NCBI GenBank assembly: GCA_038319835.1
Contig: JBBQDQ010000001.1
Coordinates: 19,627 to 83,626, forward strand
DNA from: Thermoanaerobaculia bacterium
GTDB lineage: Bacteria > Acidobacteriota > Thermoanaerobaculia > UBA5066
Length of the DNA stretch: 64,000 nucleotides
Direction: 5' to 3'
The notes beneath the pieces are model-generated. The model was not told the DNA's origin. It saw nothing but the letters and a program-made list of their open reading frames with translations, and searched no databases. A program made the translations under genes and the position numbers. Positions 9,814 through 19,317 of this stretch are shown one piece after another; positions within the stretch are counted from its first letter, which is position 1, and each line of letters begins with the position of its first letter.

Positions 9814-10035
9814 TCAAGGCTTCGCGGCCGCGATCTCGCGCGTCCGGATGACGACGCGGCCGTTCAGGGTCCAGAGCGCGTGGTCCGCGTCCTTGCCCGT
9901 TCGGCTTGGAACGTGCACGTTCAGGTTCTCGAAATCGTAGGTGATCTCGGCGCCGCGGCCGGTCAGCTTCTCGAAGAGGCCGATCGCGAGATCGGGCCAG
10001 GTTTTCGTGTCGGGATCCACGTAGGGGTTGTTCAT
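9814..10035 (-). CDS. Small conserved hypothetical protein (73 aa)
   Basis: ATG at 10035 preceded by GGAGG with a 5-nt spacer. Non-repetitive protein-like sequence 'MNNPYVDPDTKTWPDLAIGLFEKLTGRGAEITYDFENLNVHVPS...'. Confidence 0.6.
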   Translation of the reverse strand: MNNPYVDPDTKTWPDLAIGLFEKLTGRGAEITYDFENLNVHVPSRTGKDADHALWTLNGRVVIRTREIAAAKP

Positions 10036-10130
10036 CGGGCCTCCACGCGAAATTACGCCGTCCGGCGGCGCGTGGATGCGAGACACAACCCGCGGAATCC
10101 GGGGGAGTGTTGCCCGCGTAAGAAGTTTGC

Positions 10131-11126
10131 ATGACGCCCGGTCCGGTCCTGATCGTGGGCGCAGGCGTGACCGGGCTCGTCGCGGCGCGGAGTCTCGAGG
10201 ACCGGGGAATGCGCGCCGTTGTCGTGGACAAGGGCAGGGGAGTCGGCGGACGGCTTGCGACGCGCCGACTCACAGACGGCTCCGCGTTCGACCACGGGGC
10301 CGCGCTCTTCGACGCGGTGTCGGAGCCGTTCCGGCGGCGCCTCTTGCAGTGGGAGTCGGAAGGACTCGTCGAGCGGCTGCGCGACGGGACGGGCGCGTTC
10401 CGCGTGCTCGGTCCGGCGACCCGGCTCGCGAAGCACCTCGCCCGCGGGTTGGACGTTCGTCCCGGCGCGAAGGCAACGGCTCTCGCCAAGGGGAGCGGCC
10501 TCACGGTCACGTTCGAGAACGGGCCGGCGCTCCGCGGTGCGGCGGCCGTCCTCACGGCTCCGGTCCCACAGTCGCTCGAGCTGGTCGCAGCAGGTGGCGT
10601 CCTCGACTCTCTCGCCGGGGGGCTCCGTGCCTCACTCGAAGCTGTCGCGTACCACCCCGCGTTCGTCCTCCTCCTCCGGCTCGAGACGCGCGTGCCGATG
10701 CCTTCCGGCGGGCTGACGCTCCGGGACGGGGGACCGATCTCGCGGATCCTCGAGAACGCCCGCGACGGCGGTCCGTCGCGTCTGTCCATCTACGCCCGCG
10801 AGACCTGGGCGCGCGAGCACTTCGAAGCCGCGGCCGCCGACGTCGCCCCGGTGCTTCGGGCGGCGGCGGCGGCCGCCCTCGGATTCGACCTGCGTGCGGT
10901 CGCCGAAGAGGACCTCAAACGCTGGCGGTACGCCCGGGCCGCCTCGCTCTTCGCCGAGCCCGTTGCGGTCGGCCGGATCGGCGGCGCCCCGGTCGTCTTT
11001 GCAGGGGACGCATTCGGTCTCCCGTGTGATGCCCACCCGGAGTTCCCTCCTCCCGACGGGAACTCGGGAGTCGAACGCGCGTTCCTTTCCGGCCTCGCCG
11101 CCGCCGCGGAGATCCGCGGCTTCTAA
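10131..11126 (+). CDS. FAD/NAD(P)-binding oxidoreductase (amine-oxidase/renalase-like)
   Basis: N-terminal Rossmann dinucleotide motif 'VLIVGAGVTGLVAARSL...VVVDKGRGVGGR'. 331 aa. Confidence 0.65.
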   Translation: MTPGPVLIVGAGVTGLVAARSLEDRGMRAVVVDKGRGVGGRLATRRLTDGSAFDHGAALFDAVSEPFRRRLLQWESEGLVERLRDGTGAFRVLGPATRLAKHLARGLDVRPGAKATALAKGSGLTVTFENGPALRGAAAVLTAPVPQSLELVAAGGVLDSLAGGLRASLEAVAYHPAFVLLLRLETRVPMPSGGLTLRDGGPISRILENARDGGPSRLSIYARETWAREHFEAAAADVAPVLRAAAAAALGFDLRAVAEEDLKRWRYARAASLFAEPVAVGRIGGAPVVFAGDAFGLPCDAHPEFPPPDGNSGVERAFLSGLAAAAEIRGF

Positions 11127-11143
11127 GACGGCGTCGGGCGAAT

Positions 11144-11428
11144 GTGTCGCGTTTCGTGGGCAAGGCTGCCGTCGTCCTGGGTGGCTCGGGCGGGATCGGG
11201 AGCGCCGTTGCCCGCGACCTTAACCCGATGCGGAAGGCACGAGGCGGGTCGATCGTGCTCTTCGGCTCGGCGGCCGCAACGCTCGGCCTTCCGAATCACG
11301 CAGCCATCGCCGCCGCGAAGGCCGGGGTTGTCGTTCTCGATCTCCTCTCCGACGGTGCCGCGAACGTAACCGGGGCGGTTCTTCCCGTGGACGGCGGCCT
11401 TTCGGCGGGCCGCCCGCCGGGGGCGTGA
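11144..11428 (+). pseudogene. Internally deleted short-chain dehydrogenase/reductase (SDR) remnant
   Basis: 94-aa ORF joins the SDR N-terminal TGxxxGIG motif ('KAAVVLGGSGGIGSAVARDL') directly to the C-terminal tail ('AAIAAAKAGVV...ANVTGAVLPVDGG'). ~150 aa of central catalytic region (Ser/YxxxK) are missing. Confidence 0.6.
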
Positions 11429-11442
11429 GCCCGCCCGTCGCG

Positions 11443-12012
11443 TCACTTCTTCGGGAGAACGGCCTCGAGCTTCCCGGTGAGTTCTGACGACATGGGCGCC
11501 ACGTTCGAACCGAAACGGGCCACGATCTTCCCGTCCGGGCCGACGAGGATCTTGTTGAAGTTCCACGAGACGTCTCCCGAAAGACCCTCCTGGGTCGTGA
11601 GCCAACGGTAGAGCGGGTCGATGTTCTTCCCTTTGACGCTGATCTTCGAGAAGATCGGGAACGTGATGCGATAGGTCGCCGTGCAGAACTGCTTGATCTC
11701 GGCGTCCGTCCCCGGCTCCTGGCCGAAGAAGTTGTTCGCAGGGAACGCGAGAACCGTGAAACCCCGGTCCTTGTATTTCCCGTAGAGCGCCTCGAGCCCC
11801 TCGTACTGTGGCGTGTAGCCGCACTTCGAGGCCGTGTTCACGACGAGGATCGCCTGTCCCTTGTACGCCGAGAGGGGCTGGCTCTTTCCGTCGATCGATT
11901 TCATCGTGAAGTCGAAGAGGGAGGCGGGAGCGTCGGCCGTTGCGGCGGTGGCGAGTAGGCCAAGAAAAGTGAAGGCCAGGATCGTTTTCGGAGACGTCTT
12001 TACGAGGCTCAC
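11443..12012 (-). CDS. Glutathione peroxidase (secreted)
   Basis: 'VVNTASKCGYTPQYEGLEALYGKYKDRGFTVLAFPANNFFGQEPG' is the GPx active-site region. GTG at 12012 with AGGAG upstream. Signal peptide 'SLVKTSPKTILAFTFLGLLATAATA'. Confidence 0.8.
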   Translation of the reverse strand: MSLVKTSPKTILAFTFLGLLATAATADAPASLFDFTMKSIDGKSQPLSAYKGQAILVVNTASKCGYTPQYEGLEALYGKYKDRGFTVLAFPANNFFGQEPGTDAEIKQFCTATYRITFPIFSKISVKGKNIDPLYRWLTTQEGLSGDVSWNFNKILVGPDGKIVARFGSNVAPMSSELTGKLEAVLPKK

Positions 12013-12359
12013 CCGGGGATGACTCCTGAGTGAACGCCCGCCACGAAAAGAGACAAGGCCAGAAGGCCGAGAGCCGGCAGGTACTCTTTCAATGGGTCGC
12101 GGACATTGAAGTGGGCCCACAGAGCCCCCGCCATCAGAGCGGCCATGAGCAGAGCGGGAAGGAGGGCCAAAGCGGGATACCAGATTGCCGCCACCAGCAG
12201 GGTGGCCAGGGAGATCTTCGCGGCGCCAACGGCCGTGCGAAGGAGGTCCGGCAGGCGGTAACGTTTGAACTCCTGCACGATGTTGTCGAAGCGGCCGATC
12301 CAGACGATCGCGATCGACAGGGCGATGACGATTTGGGCGAATATGGCGTAACGATTCAA
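12009..12359 (-). CDS. DoxX-family membrane protein
   Basis: Four hydrophobic helices. 4-bp overlap with the gpx start, consistent with an operon. Confidence 0.6.
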   Translation of the reverse strand: MNRYAIFAQIVIALSIAIVWIGRFDNIVQEFKRYRLPDLLRTAVGAAKISLATLLVAAIWYPALALLPALLMAALMAGALWAHFNVRDPLKEYLPALGLLALSLFVAGVHSGVIPG

Positions 12360-12457
12360 CAGAGGTCCCCATTTTTCCGGCTGCGGCGAGCGGCCCGTAG
12401 AAAAGAAAAAGGGGAGGGGGCTGGCGCCCGCTCCCCCGTGTTCGACGAAAGACCGGT

Positions 12458-12985
12458 TCAGTTCGGAAGGAGAACCGAGTCGACGACGTGGATGACGCCG
12501 TTGGACTCCATGAGGTCGGCGGCCGTCACGGTGGCCTTCCCGCCCTTTTCGTCCGTGATCACGACGTTCTTGCCGGCCATCGAGGCGGTGATCTTTCCGC
12601 CCGCGACCGTCGTGAGGGTGGCCTTTCCTTTGCCGGCCTTGATCGCCTTCACGACAGAGGCCGCGTCGAGCTTACCGGCGACGACGTGGTAGGTCAGGAT
12701 CTTCGTGAGGGTCTCCTTGCTCTCGGGCTTGAGGAGGTTGTCGACCGTCCCGGCCGGGAGCTTCGCGAACGCCGCGTTGGTCGGCGCGAAGAGGGTGAAG
12801 GGGCCTTTGCCCTTGAGGGTGTCGACGAGGCCGGCGGCCTTGACGGCTGCGACGAGCGTCGTGTGGTCGGCGGAGGCGACGGCGGCGTCGACGATGTCCT
12901 TGGTGGCGTGCATCGAATGGTCTTCCGCGAAGGCCGGAGACGCGAGGAGGGCGAGGACGATTGCAGATCCGAGAAACTTCTTCAC
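12458..12985 (-). CDS. Fasciclin (FAS1) domain secreted protein
   Basis: GTG at 12985 with AAGGAG 6 nt upstream. Signal peptide 'KKFLGSAIVLALLASPAFA'. FAS1 hallmarks 'TLFAPTNAAFAKLPAGTVDNLL...ILTYHVV'. Confidence 0.75.
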   Translation of the reverse strand: MKKFLGSAIVLALLASPAFAEDHSMHATKDIVDAAVASADHTTLVAAVKAAGLVDTLKGKGPFTLFAPTNAAFAKLPAGTVDNLLKPESKETLTKILTYHVVAGKLDAASVVKAIKAGKGKATLTTVAGGKITASMAGKNVVITDEKGGKATVTAADLMESNGVIHVVDSVLLPN

Positions 12986-13117
12986 GAGTGACTCCTTGAT
13001 TGTTTGTTGGTGGGTGGCGGGAGCATCAGGCGGTAGGTCGATTGTCTTCGTCCCTCCCTCTACGCGTCCGGCGACGGTGCGGATTCCACGAGATCCGAAC
13101 GGGCGCCCGCCGTCGGA

Positions 13118-13777
13118 GTGGAGCCGATGGAGACGTACCTTCAAGTCCGGCCCGACTCGGGCCTGCTAGTCTCGCCGCTCCACATGAGCGACGACCTGAC
13201 ACCCGCGTCGCCAAAAGCCGAAGCGGCGCCCGCGACCGATCTCGACCTCGTGGAACGCATCAAGAACGGCGATTCGACGGCGCTCGACGCCCTCTACGAG
13301 CGCTACTCGTCCCCCGTCTATTCCCTCGTGTGGAAGATCCTTCAGAGTCCCGAGGAGGCCGAAGACGTCGCCCTCGACGTCTTCTGGCAGGTCGGGCGGC
13401 AGGCCGACCGCTACGACCCCTCCCGGGGGGCGCCGCCCGCCTGGATCTTCACGGTTGCGCGCTCGCGCGCAATCGACCGCCTCCGCGCCCGCCACCGCCG
13501 CGAGGACCGGACGATCTCGTTCGACGACCCCGCCGTGAACCTCGACCCGCTCGACGAGGAAGCGGCGCCGGACATGGTCGCCTCCTTCCGCCAGACGCGT
13601 GACGCCGTCCGCGAGGCGGTCAAGACGCTTTCGGCGGTCCAGCGCCAGGCCGTCGAGCTCGCGTTCTTCAAGGGGCTCACGCACGTCGAGATCGCCGAGA
13701 AGCTCGGCCAGCCGCTCGGGACGATCAAGACGCGGATCCGGCAGGGGCTGATCAAGCTGAGGAAGACCCTTGACTGA
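13118..13777 (+). CDS. ECF-type RNA polymerase sigma-70 factor
   Basis: Region 2 ('LDALYERYSSPVYSLVWKIL...DVFWQV') and region 4 HTH ('LSAVQRQAVELAFFKGLTHVEIAEKLGQPLGTIKTRI'). Confidence 0.8.
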   Translation: MEPMETYLQVRPDSGLLVSPLHMSDDLTPASPKAEAAPATDLDLVERIKNGDSTALDALYERYSSPVYSLVWKILQSPEEAEDVALDVFWQVGRQADRYDPSRGAPPAWIFTVARSRAIDRLRARHRREDRTISFDDPAVNLDPLDEEAAPDMVASFRQTRDAVREAVKTLSAVQRQAVELAFFKGLTHVEIAEKLGQPLGTIKTRIRQGLIKLRKTLD

Positions 13778-14252
13778 AGACGCCGTCTTCGCCGGGTTCG
13801 CGGACGTCGTCTGGGCGCTCGCCCTTTGCGTGCCGCAGGTCGAGGCACCGGCCCGGCTTCGCGAGCGCGTGCGCGGGCGCATCGCGGGCTTCTGCGCCGA
13901 GCGCGAGGCCGCGTTCCACCTCGTCTCGCGCCCGGCGGACCTCGTTCCGTCGACGACGCTCACGCCCCCCGGGAAGCGGCGCCGCCGCGGCGCGCCGCTC
14001 GGCCGCTTCTTCCTCGACCGCCGAGAGCGCAAGGCTGCTTTCTTCTGCTGGTACCTCGCGCCCCGTGGGAGCTATCAGCTGCGGTTCACGGCGGGGCGCC
14101 GCGTCTTCCTCGGCCCCGGCTTTACCGCAGATCTGACTGGCGACGGCGAGATCCCGATCGTGCCACTCCCGCGAGGCGCCGAGAAGATGACGAGCGTCGC
14201 GCTCGTCGAAGTGACGTCCGGCAAGGCCGTCCTGCGGGGCGCGCTCGCGTGA
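13770..14252 (+). CDS. Putative anti-sigma factor / sigma-coupled hypothetical protein
   Basis: TTG start overlaps the sigma-factor stop (TTGACTGA). No recognisable zinc-finger or TM segment, so function is inferred from position only. Confidence 0.4.
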   Translation: MTEDAVFAGFADVVWALALCVPQVEAPARLRERVRGRIAGFCAEREAAFHLVSRPADLVPSTTLTPPGKRRRRGAPLGRFFLDRRERKAAFFCWYLAPRGSYQLRFTAGRRVFLGPGFTADLTGDGEIPIVPLPRGAEKMTSVALVEVTSGKAVLRGALA

Positions 14253-14462
14253 TCGAACCCGAGGGACCGGTTTGCGGGTCGGGTGCGATCGCTCGGCGAC
14301 CTCTCTAGCGCCGAGCCTGATGCGGCCTGTCGCTGGGGCGCTGGGAGCTACGGCCGCAACTGGTTCACCTGCATCAGCCCCGAAACGGCCCCCGGCGTCG
14401 GACCATGTCATCTGGCGGGATATCCCTTTTCCGGTTCCGTCCCGCGCACGGAGGACGACATG

Positions 14463-16019
14463 CCGAGAGTCGACGCGGGCGTCGCGGAAGTCCTGGAGAC
14501 CCGCATCGCGGAGCTGGCCGCGACGTACCTTCCGCTCGCGGTCGAGATGCTCCGCGAGGCCGTCCGGATCCCAGGCGACTACGTCGACAAGCCCGCGGAC
14601 GCCGGCGGCGATCCTCTCTGCGGCCTCTCGAACCACGAGCTCCCGCGCCTCGAGTACCTGAAGAAGAAGATCGTCGAGATCCGGGCCGTGCGCCGGCCCG
14701 AGGACGCGTTCTTCGACGGCTTCGGCAACCTCGTGTGGCAGGTCGAGGATCCCGACGACGGGATCGCGCCCGCGAAGAAGAAAGTCGTCTACATCGACGG
14801 GCACACCGACACCGTCCGCGCGCTGAGGGACCAGTGGCGGGCGAAGGTCGGCGGCGTCGACTGCTACGACGGCCTCCTCGACCGGTCGAAGGTCAACCGG
14901 GAGTTCCTCCTCAAGGAGCTCGGCTGGGTGCCTCCCGAGTCCGAGTGGGAGCACCTCGTCTTCGGCCGCGGCGCGGCCGACCAGCTCGGCGGCGTCGTCG
15001 CGGCGGCGATCGCGACGAAAATCCTCGTCGAGCTCACGCGCGAAGGCTCGCTCAAGGGCGCGATCGTCCGCTCGTACGCGACCGTCTGCGAGGAGGACAA
15101 CGACGGCGCCGGGCCGATGTACCTCAATCGCGAGATCTTCCCGACCGCGAAGCCGGAGCTGATTCCCGACGTCGTCATCCTCACGGACGGCACCGGCTGC
15201 AACAGGCGCGGCGCCCTCGGGATCTACCGCGGCCAGCGGGGCCGGATGCAGATCGAGGTCTCCGTGACGGGTAAGTCCTGCCACGGGTCGATGCCGTGGG
15301 AGGGGCTGAACCCGTTCGAGTACGGGGCGGCGATCGTGCGCGAGGCCGCGGAGGCCTACGAGAGGCGCGACGGCTTCCTCGACGACCCGTTCCTCGGCCA
15401 CGGCACGCGCACCGCGTCGTGGGCGCGCCTCGACACGCCGAGCGACTGCGCTGTCCCCGAGCGCCTCGCCTTCCGCTTCGACCGCCGCCTGACGATCGGC
15501 GAGACGCCCGAGCGGGCGCTCGAGGACGTCGAGCGCCTCCCCGCCGTCGCCGCAGCGCGCCGGGCCGGCCTCGTGGTCGACGTCTCGGTGCCCGTCTACC
15601 CGAATGCGAGCTGGAAGGGCTACGTCCTCGGCAACCCGCAGGTCTACCTCGGCTGGGTCACGCCCGAGGATCACCCCGCGATCCGCGCCGCCGTCGCGAC
15701 GTACCGCTCCGTCGTGAGCCCGCACGTGGACGGGGAGATCGGCACGGGCGGCGTCCTCACGAAAGAGCCGCGCGTCGAGCGCTGGGTGTTCTCCACGGAC
15801 GGCGTCGGCTTCCCGGTCCCGAAGGACGCGAGCGTCCCGGGTGCGGCCGGCAAGGGCTGGGTCGTGGGCGAGCGCTACAAGCACCCCGCGATGTTCGGGT
15901 TCGGGCCGGGCATCGAGCAGAACACGCACAAGATCGGCGAGTGCCTCGACGCGCGCGAGATGCAGCACTGCGCCGCGTTCCTGGCGCGCTTCCCGAGCGT
16001 CTTCGCCGCGCCGCGCTGA
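14463..16019 (+). CDS. ygeY: M20-family peptidase/amidohydrolase (YgeY-like)
   Basis: ATG at 14463 preceded by GGAGG with a 5-nt spacer. M20 dimetallo-hydrolase fold motifs ('IDGHTDTV', 'VFGRGAADQLGG', 'ATVCEEDNDGAG'). First gene of the syntenic cluster. Confidence 0.7.
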   Translation, partial: PRVDAGVAEVLETRIAELAATYLPLAVEMLREAVRIPGDYVDKPADAGGDPLCGLSNHELPRLEYLKKKIVEIRAVRRPEDAFFDGFGNLVWQVEDPDDGIAPAKKKVVYIDGHTDTVRALRDQWRAKVGGVDCYDGLLDRSKVNREFLLKELGWVPPESEWEHLVFGRGAADQLGGVVAAAIATKILVELTREGSLKGAIVRSYATVCEEDNDGAGPMYLNREIFPTAKPELIPDVVILTDGTGCNRRGALGIYRGQRGRMQIEVSVTGKSCHGSMPWEGLNPFEYGAAIVREAAEAYERRDGFLDDPFLGHGTRTASWARLDTPSDCAVPERLAFRFDRRLTIGETPERALEDVERLPAVAAARRAGLVVDVSVPVYPNASWKGYVLGNPQVYLGWVTPEDHPAIRAAVATYRSVVSPHVDGEIGTGGVLTKEPRVERWVFSTDGVGFPVPKDASVPGAAGKGWVVGERYKHPAMFGFGPGIEQNTHKIGECLDAREMQHCAAFLARFPSVFAAPR

Positions 16020-16023
16020 CGCC

Positions 16024-19000
16024 ATGGAAAGAGCCTTCCGACCCCTTCCGCTCGAGCGTCTCGCGCGGTGGGTGTTCGGGGATCTCGCGTCCGCGGACTC
16101 GGTGCTCGGGATTCCGAGGGCGAACTTCGCCGTGCCCGAGGCGCGGCTCGCGTCGCGCGTACTCGGCCGGCGCCTCGCCGCTCCGCTCGGCCTCGCGGCG
16201 GGGCCGCACACGCAGCTCGCGCAGAACATCGTCGCGGGCTGGCTGTGCGGCGCGCGTTTCGTCGAGCTGAAGACGGTCCAGGTCCTCGACGAGATCGACG
16301 TCGGCCGCCCGTGCATCGACTCGGCCGACGAGACGTTCAACTGCGAGTGGTCGCAGGAGCTCCGGCTCGAACAGTCTTTCGGCGAGTACCTCAAGGCGTG
16401 GGTGCTGATTCACGCCCTCGCCGCCCGGATGGGGCTGCCGGAGCCGGGAGCGCTCTTCGCGATGAGCGTGGGTTACGACCTCGCCGGGATCAGGAGCCCG
16501 CGCGTCGCGGGGTTCGTCTCGCGGATGCGCGACGCGGGCGCCGCCCTGCCCGCCGCCGTGGACGAGGTCGCGAAGGCGTGGCCCGGCGTCCGCGACGTCC
16601 CGATCCCGGCGCGCCTCTCCGACCACGTGACGCTCTCGACGATGCACGGCTGCCCGCCGGCGGAGATCGAGAAGATCGCCCGGCACCTCCTCGAGGACGT
16701 CGGCGTCCACACCTGGATCAAGCTCAACCCGACGCTCCTCGGCCCCGAGCGCGTCCGGGGGCTCCTGAACGGGGCGCTCGGCTACGCGATCGAAGTCCCG
16801 GACGAGGCGTTCGCGCACGACCCGCGCCTTTCGGACGCGCTCCCGGTCCTCGAGCGGCTCGCCGAAGCGGCGCGCGCGCGGGGCCTCGGGTTCGGCGTCA
16901 AGCTCTCGAATACGCTCGAAGTCGTGAACCGCCGGCCCGTCCTCCCGCCGAAGGAGAAGACGGCGTACCTCTCGGGCCGCGCGCTCCACCCGCTCACGCT
17001 GAGCCTCGCGCGCCTCGTCGACGACGAGCTCGAGGGGCGGGTGCCGATCTCGTTCTGCGGCGGCGCCGACGCCTGGAACTTCGCCGACCTCGTCGCGGAC
17101 GGTCTGACGCCCGTCACCGTCTGCACGGACCTCCTCAAGCCGGGCGGCTACGCGCGTCTCTCACAGTACCTCGCGAACCTTGGCGCGGCGATGTCGGCCG
17201 CGGGGGCGGCGGACCTCGACGCCTTCGTGGCCGCGACGTCGGGAGGCCGCGGGCGCCGCTGGAACCTCGCGCGGCACGCCGGGCGCGTCGCCGCCGACGG
17301 CCGCTACGCGCGCCGCGCGCGAGAGCTCGCCTTTAAGGGCAGCCGCCCGCTCGGGCCGTTCGACTGCGTCGCGGCCCCTTGCGTGGAAGCCTGCCCCGCA
17401 CATCAGGACGTCCCTGGCTACCTCCGGCTCGTCGCGCAGGGCCGCGACGACGAGGCGCTGAACGTCATCCGCCGGTCGAACGCGTTGCCCGGCGTGACGG
17501 GCAGCATCTGCGACCGCCCGTGCACGGAGCGCTGCGTCCGCAACTTTTACGACGCGCCCGTCGGGATCCGCGAAGTGAAGCGCTTCGCGGTGGAGCACGG
17601 CAGGACGGCTGCGGAGGCGCCGGCTGCTCCCGTGGGCGCCGCGGTGGCGATCGTCGGCGCCGGCCCCGCCGGGATCTCGGCCGCCCTCGAGCTCGCACGC
17701 CTGGGCTTCGCCGTCGAGATCTTCGAGGCGACGAGCCGCGCGGGCGGGATGGCGGGCGGCGCCGTGCCGCGTGACCGGCTCGACGACGCGAAGCTCAGGG
17801 GCGACCTCGAGAGGCTCGCGGCGCTCGGCGTGAAGATCCATTTCAAGACCGCGGTCGGAACGGACGTCCCGCTCGCGGACCTCTCCGCGCGCTTCGTCCA
17901 CGTCTTTCTCGGGGTCGGTGCCGGGAAGGGGAGGCGCCTCGGCATCCCCGGCGAAAGCGCCGAGGGCGTCGTCGACGCGCTGGAGCTCCTGAGCGGCCTG
18001 CGCGAGGGCGCGGCGCGGCCGCTCGGCAGGCGCGTCCTCGTCGTCGGAGGCGGTAACTCCGCTCTCGACGGCGCGCGCTCGGCCCGCCGCCTCGCGAAGG
18101 GCGGCGAGGTCTCCCTCGTCTACCGCAGGACGCGCGCGGAGATGCCCGCCGATCCGGGCGAGGTGAAGGACGCGCTCGCCGAGGGCGTCCTCTTCCGCGA
18201 GCTCCTCGCGCCGTTGCGCGTCGTCGTCGAGGGCGGGCGCGTCGTGGGTCTCGCGTGCGCGCCGATGACCCTCGGCGCTGCCGACGCCTCCGGCCGCCCG
18301 CGGCCGGTTCCGACCGGTGGGAGCGAGGTCGTCCTTCCGGCCGACACGATCGTCACCGCGATCGGACAGGAGCCCGCCACCGTGCTCCTCGGAGGAACGC
18401 TCTCCGCGAAGGAAGACGGGACGCTCGCCGCACGCGCCGGAACGGGCGAGATGCCGCAGCCCGGGCTCTTCACGGGCGGCGACGCCGTCCGCGGCCCCTC
18501 TTCGATCATCGAGGCCGTGGCGGACGGGTTCGCCGCGGCGCGCGAGATCGCCCGGCGGCACGGCATCGTCGTCGCCCCCGAGCCGCGGCCTCCGGCGCGC
18601 GCCGACGGCGCGGATCTCATGGCGAAGAAGGCGAGCCTCGTCGGGCCCGAGCCGGTGCCCGAGCTCCCCGTGGAGGAGCGCGGGGGCTTCGACGAAGTCC
18701 TCCGAAGCCTGGGCGCCGAGGCCGCCCGGCGGGAAGCGAGCCGCTGCCTCGACTGCGACGAGGCGTGCGGCCTCTGCGTCACCGTCTGCCCGAACCGGGC
18801 CAACCTGTCGTATGCGGTCCCGCCGCTGGCGCTCGAGCTCCCGTCGTTCGTCGTCGAGGCGGGGCGGGCGGTCCCGTGCGGGACGACGACGTTCTCCGTC
18901 GCGCAGGGCGTGCAGATCGTCAACGTCGGCGACGCCTGCAACGCGTGCGGAAACTGCACGACGTTCTGCCCGGCTGCCGGCGCGCCGTACCGCGACAAGC

Positions 19001-19317
19001 CGACGTTCTGGATCGACGCCGAGGGCTTCGCCGAGGCGGAGGGCGACGCGTTCCGGATGACGCGCGAAGGCGGCACGACGGCGATCGATGCGCGCGTCGG
19101 CGGCCGGCGCCACCGCCTCGAGCGCCGAGGCGACGCCGCCGAATACGTCTCCGAGTCGCTGCGCGCCACGTTCGACGCGTCGCGCTGGACGCTCGCCGAG
19201 GCCTGCCTCGAAGGGGCGCCCGAGGAAGGGACGTCGCTCGACCTCTCGACGTGCGCCCTGCTGATCGCGCTTCTTCATGCCGCCCCCGCGCTTCCTCCCG
19301 GACGGGAGGCTGCATGA
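16024..19317 (+). CDS. ygfK: YgfK-like multi-domain Fe-S flavoprotein (DHODH/PreA-like TIM barrel + GltD-like FAD/NADPH + 2x[4Fe-4S] ferredoxin)
   Basis: 1097 aa. Cys clusters 'CVAAPCVEACPAH', 'CDRPCTERCVRN', 'CLDCDEACGLCVTVCP', 'CNACGNCTTFCP'. Dinucleotide motifs 'VAIVGAGPAGISAA' and 'VLVVGGGNSALDGA'. Confidence 0.75.
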   Translation: MERAFRPLPLERLARWVFGDLASADSVLGIPRANFAVPEARLASRVLGRRLAAPLGLAAGPHTQLAQNIVAGWLCGARFVELKTVQVLDEIDVGRPCIDSADETFNCEWSQELRLEQSFGEYLKAWVLIHALAARMGLPEPGALFAMSVGYDLAGIRSPRVAGFVSRMRDAGAALPAAVDEVAKAWPGVRDVPIPARLSDHVTLSTMHGCPPAEIEKIARHLLEDVGVHTWIKLNPTLLGPERVRGLLNGALGYAIEVPDEAFAHDPRLSDALPVLERLAEAARARGLGFGVKLSNTLEVVNRRPVLPPKEKTAYLSGRALHPLTLSLARLVDDELEGRVPISFCGGADAWNFADLVADGLTPVTVCTDLLKPGGYARLSQYLANLGAAMSAAGAADLDAFVAATSGGRGRRWNLARHAGRVAADGRYARRARELAFKGSRPLGPFDCVAAPCVEACPAHQDVPGYLRLVAQGRDDEALNVIRRSNALPGVTGSICDRPCTERCVRNFYDAPVGIREVKRFAVEHGRTAAEAPAAPVGAAVAIVGAGPAGISAALELARLGFAVEIFEATSRAGGMAGGAVPRDRLDDAKLRGDLERLAALGVKIHFKTAVGTDVPLADLSARFVHVFLGVGAGKGRRLGIPGESAEGVVDALELLSGLREGAARPLGRRVLVVGGGNSALDGARSARRLAKGGEVSLVYRRTRAEMPADPGEVKDALAEGVLFRELLAPLRVVVEGGRVVGLACAPMTLGAADASGRPRPVPTGGSEVVLPADTIVTAIGQEPATVLLGGTLSAKEDGTLAARAGTGEMPQPGLFTGGDAVRGPSSIIEAVADGFAAAREIARRHGIVVAPEPRPPARADGADLMAKKASLVGPEPVPELPVEERGGFDEVLRSLGAEAARREASRCLDCDEACGLCVTVCPNRANLSYAVPPLALELPSFVVEAGRAVPCGTTTFSVAQGVQIVNVGDACNACGNCTTFCPAAGAPYRDKPTFWIDAEGFAEAEGDAFRMTREGGTTAIDARVGGRRHRLERRGDAAEYVSESLRATFDASRWTLAEACLEGAPEEGTSLDLSTCALLIALLHAAPALPPGREAA

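Noticed and set aside
14253-14462. 210-nt leader upstream of the cluster as a purine riboswitch
   Set aside because: No match to the conserved purine-riboswitch core (UAUA...GGGA...UUUCUACC...CCGUAAAU) was apparent. Likely just a promoter/RBS region.
13752-16394. 880-aa minus-strand ORF antisense to the M20 peptidase/anti-sigma genes
   Set aside because: R/A/P/G-rich low-complexity translation with no motifs, fully overlapping well-supported plus-strand genes. Typical high-GC antisense artefact (as are 17161..19278-, 19763..23233-, 22756..24564-, 26776..28161-, 29394..31604-, 4357..5754-, 9473..10789- and similar).
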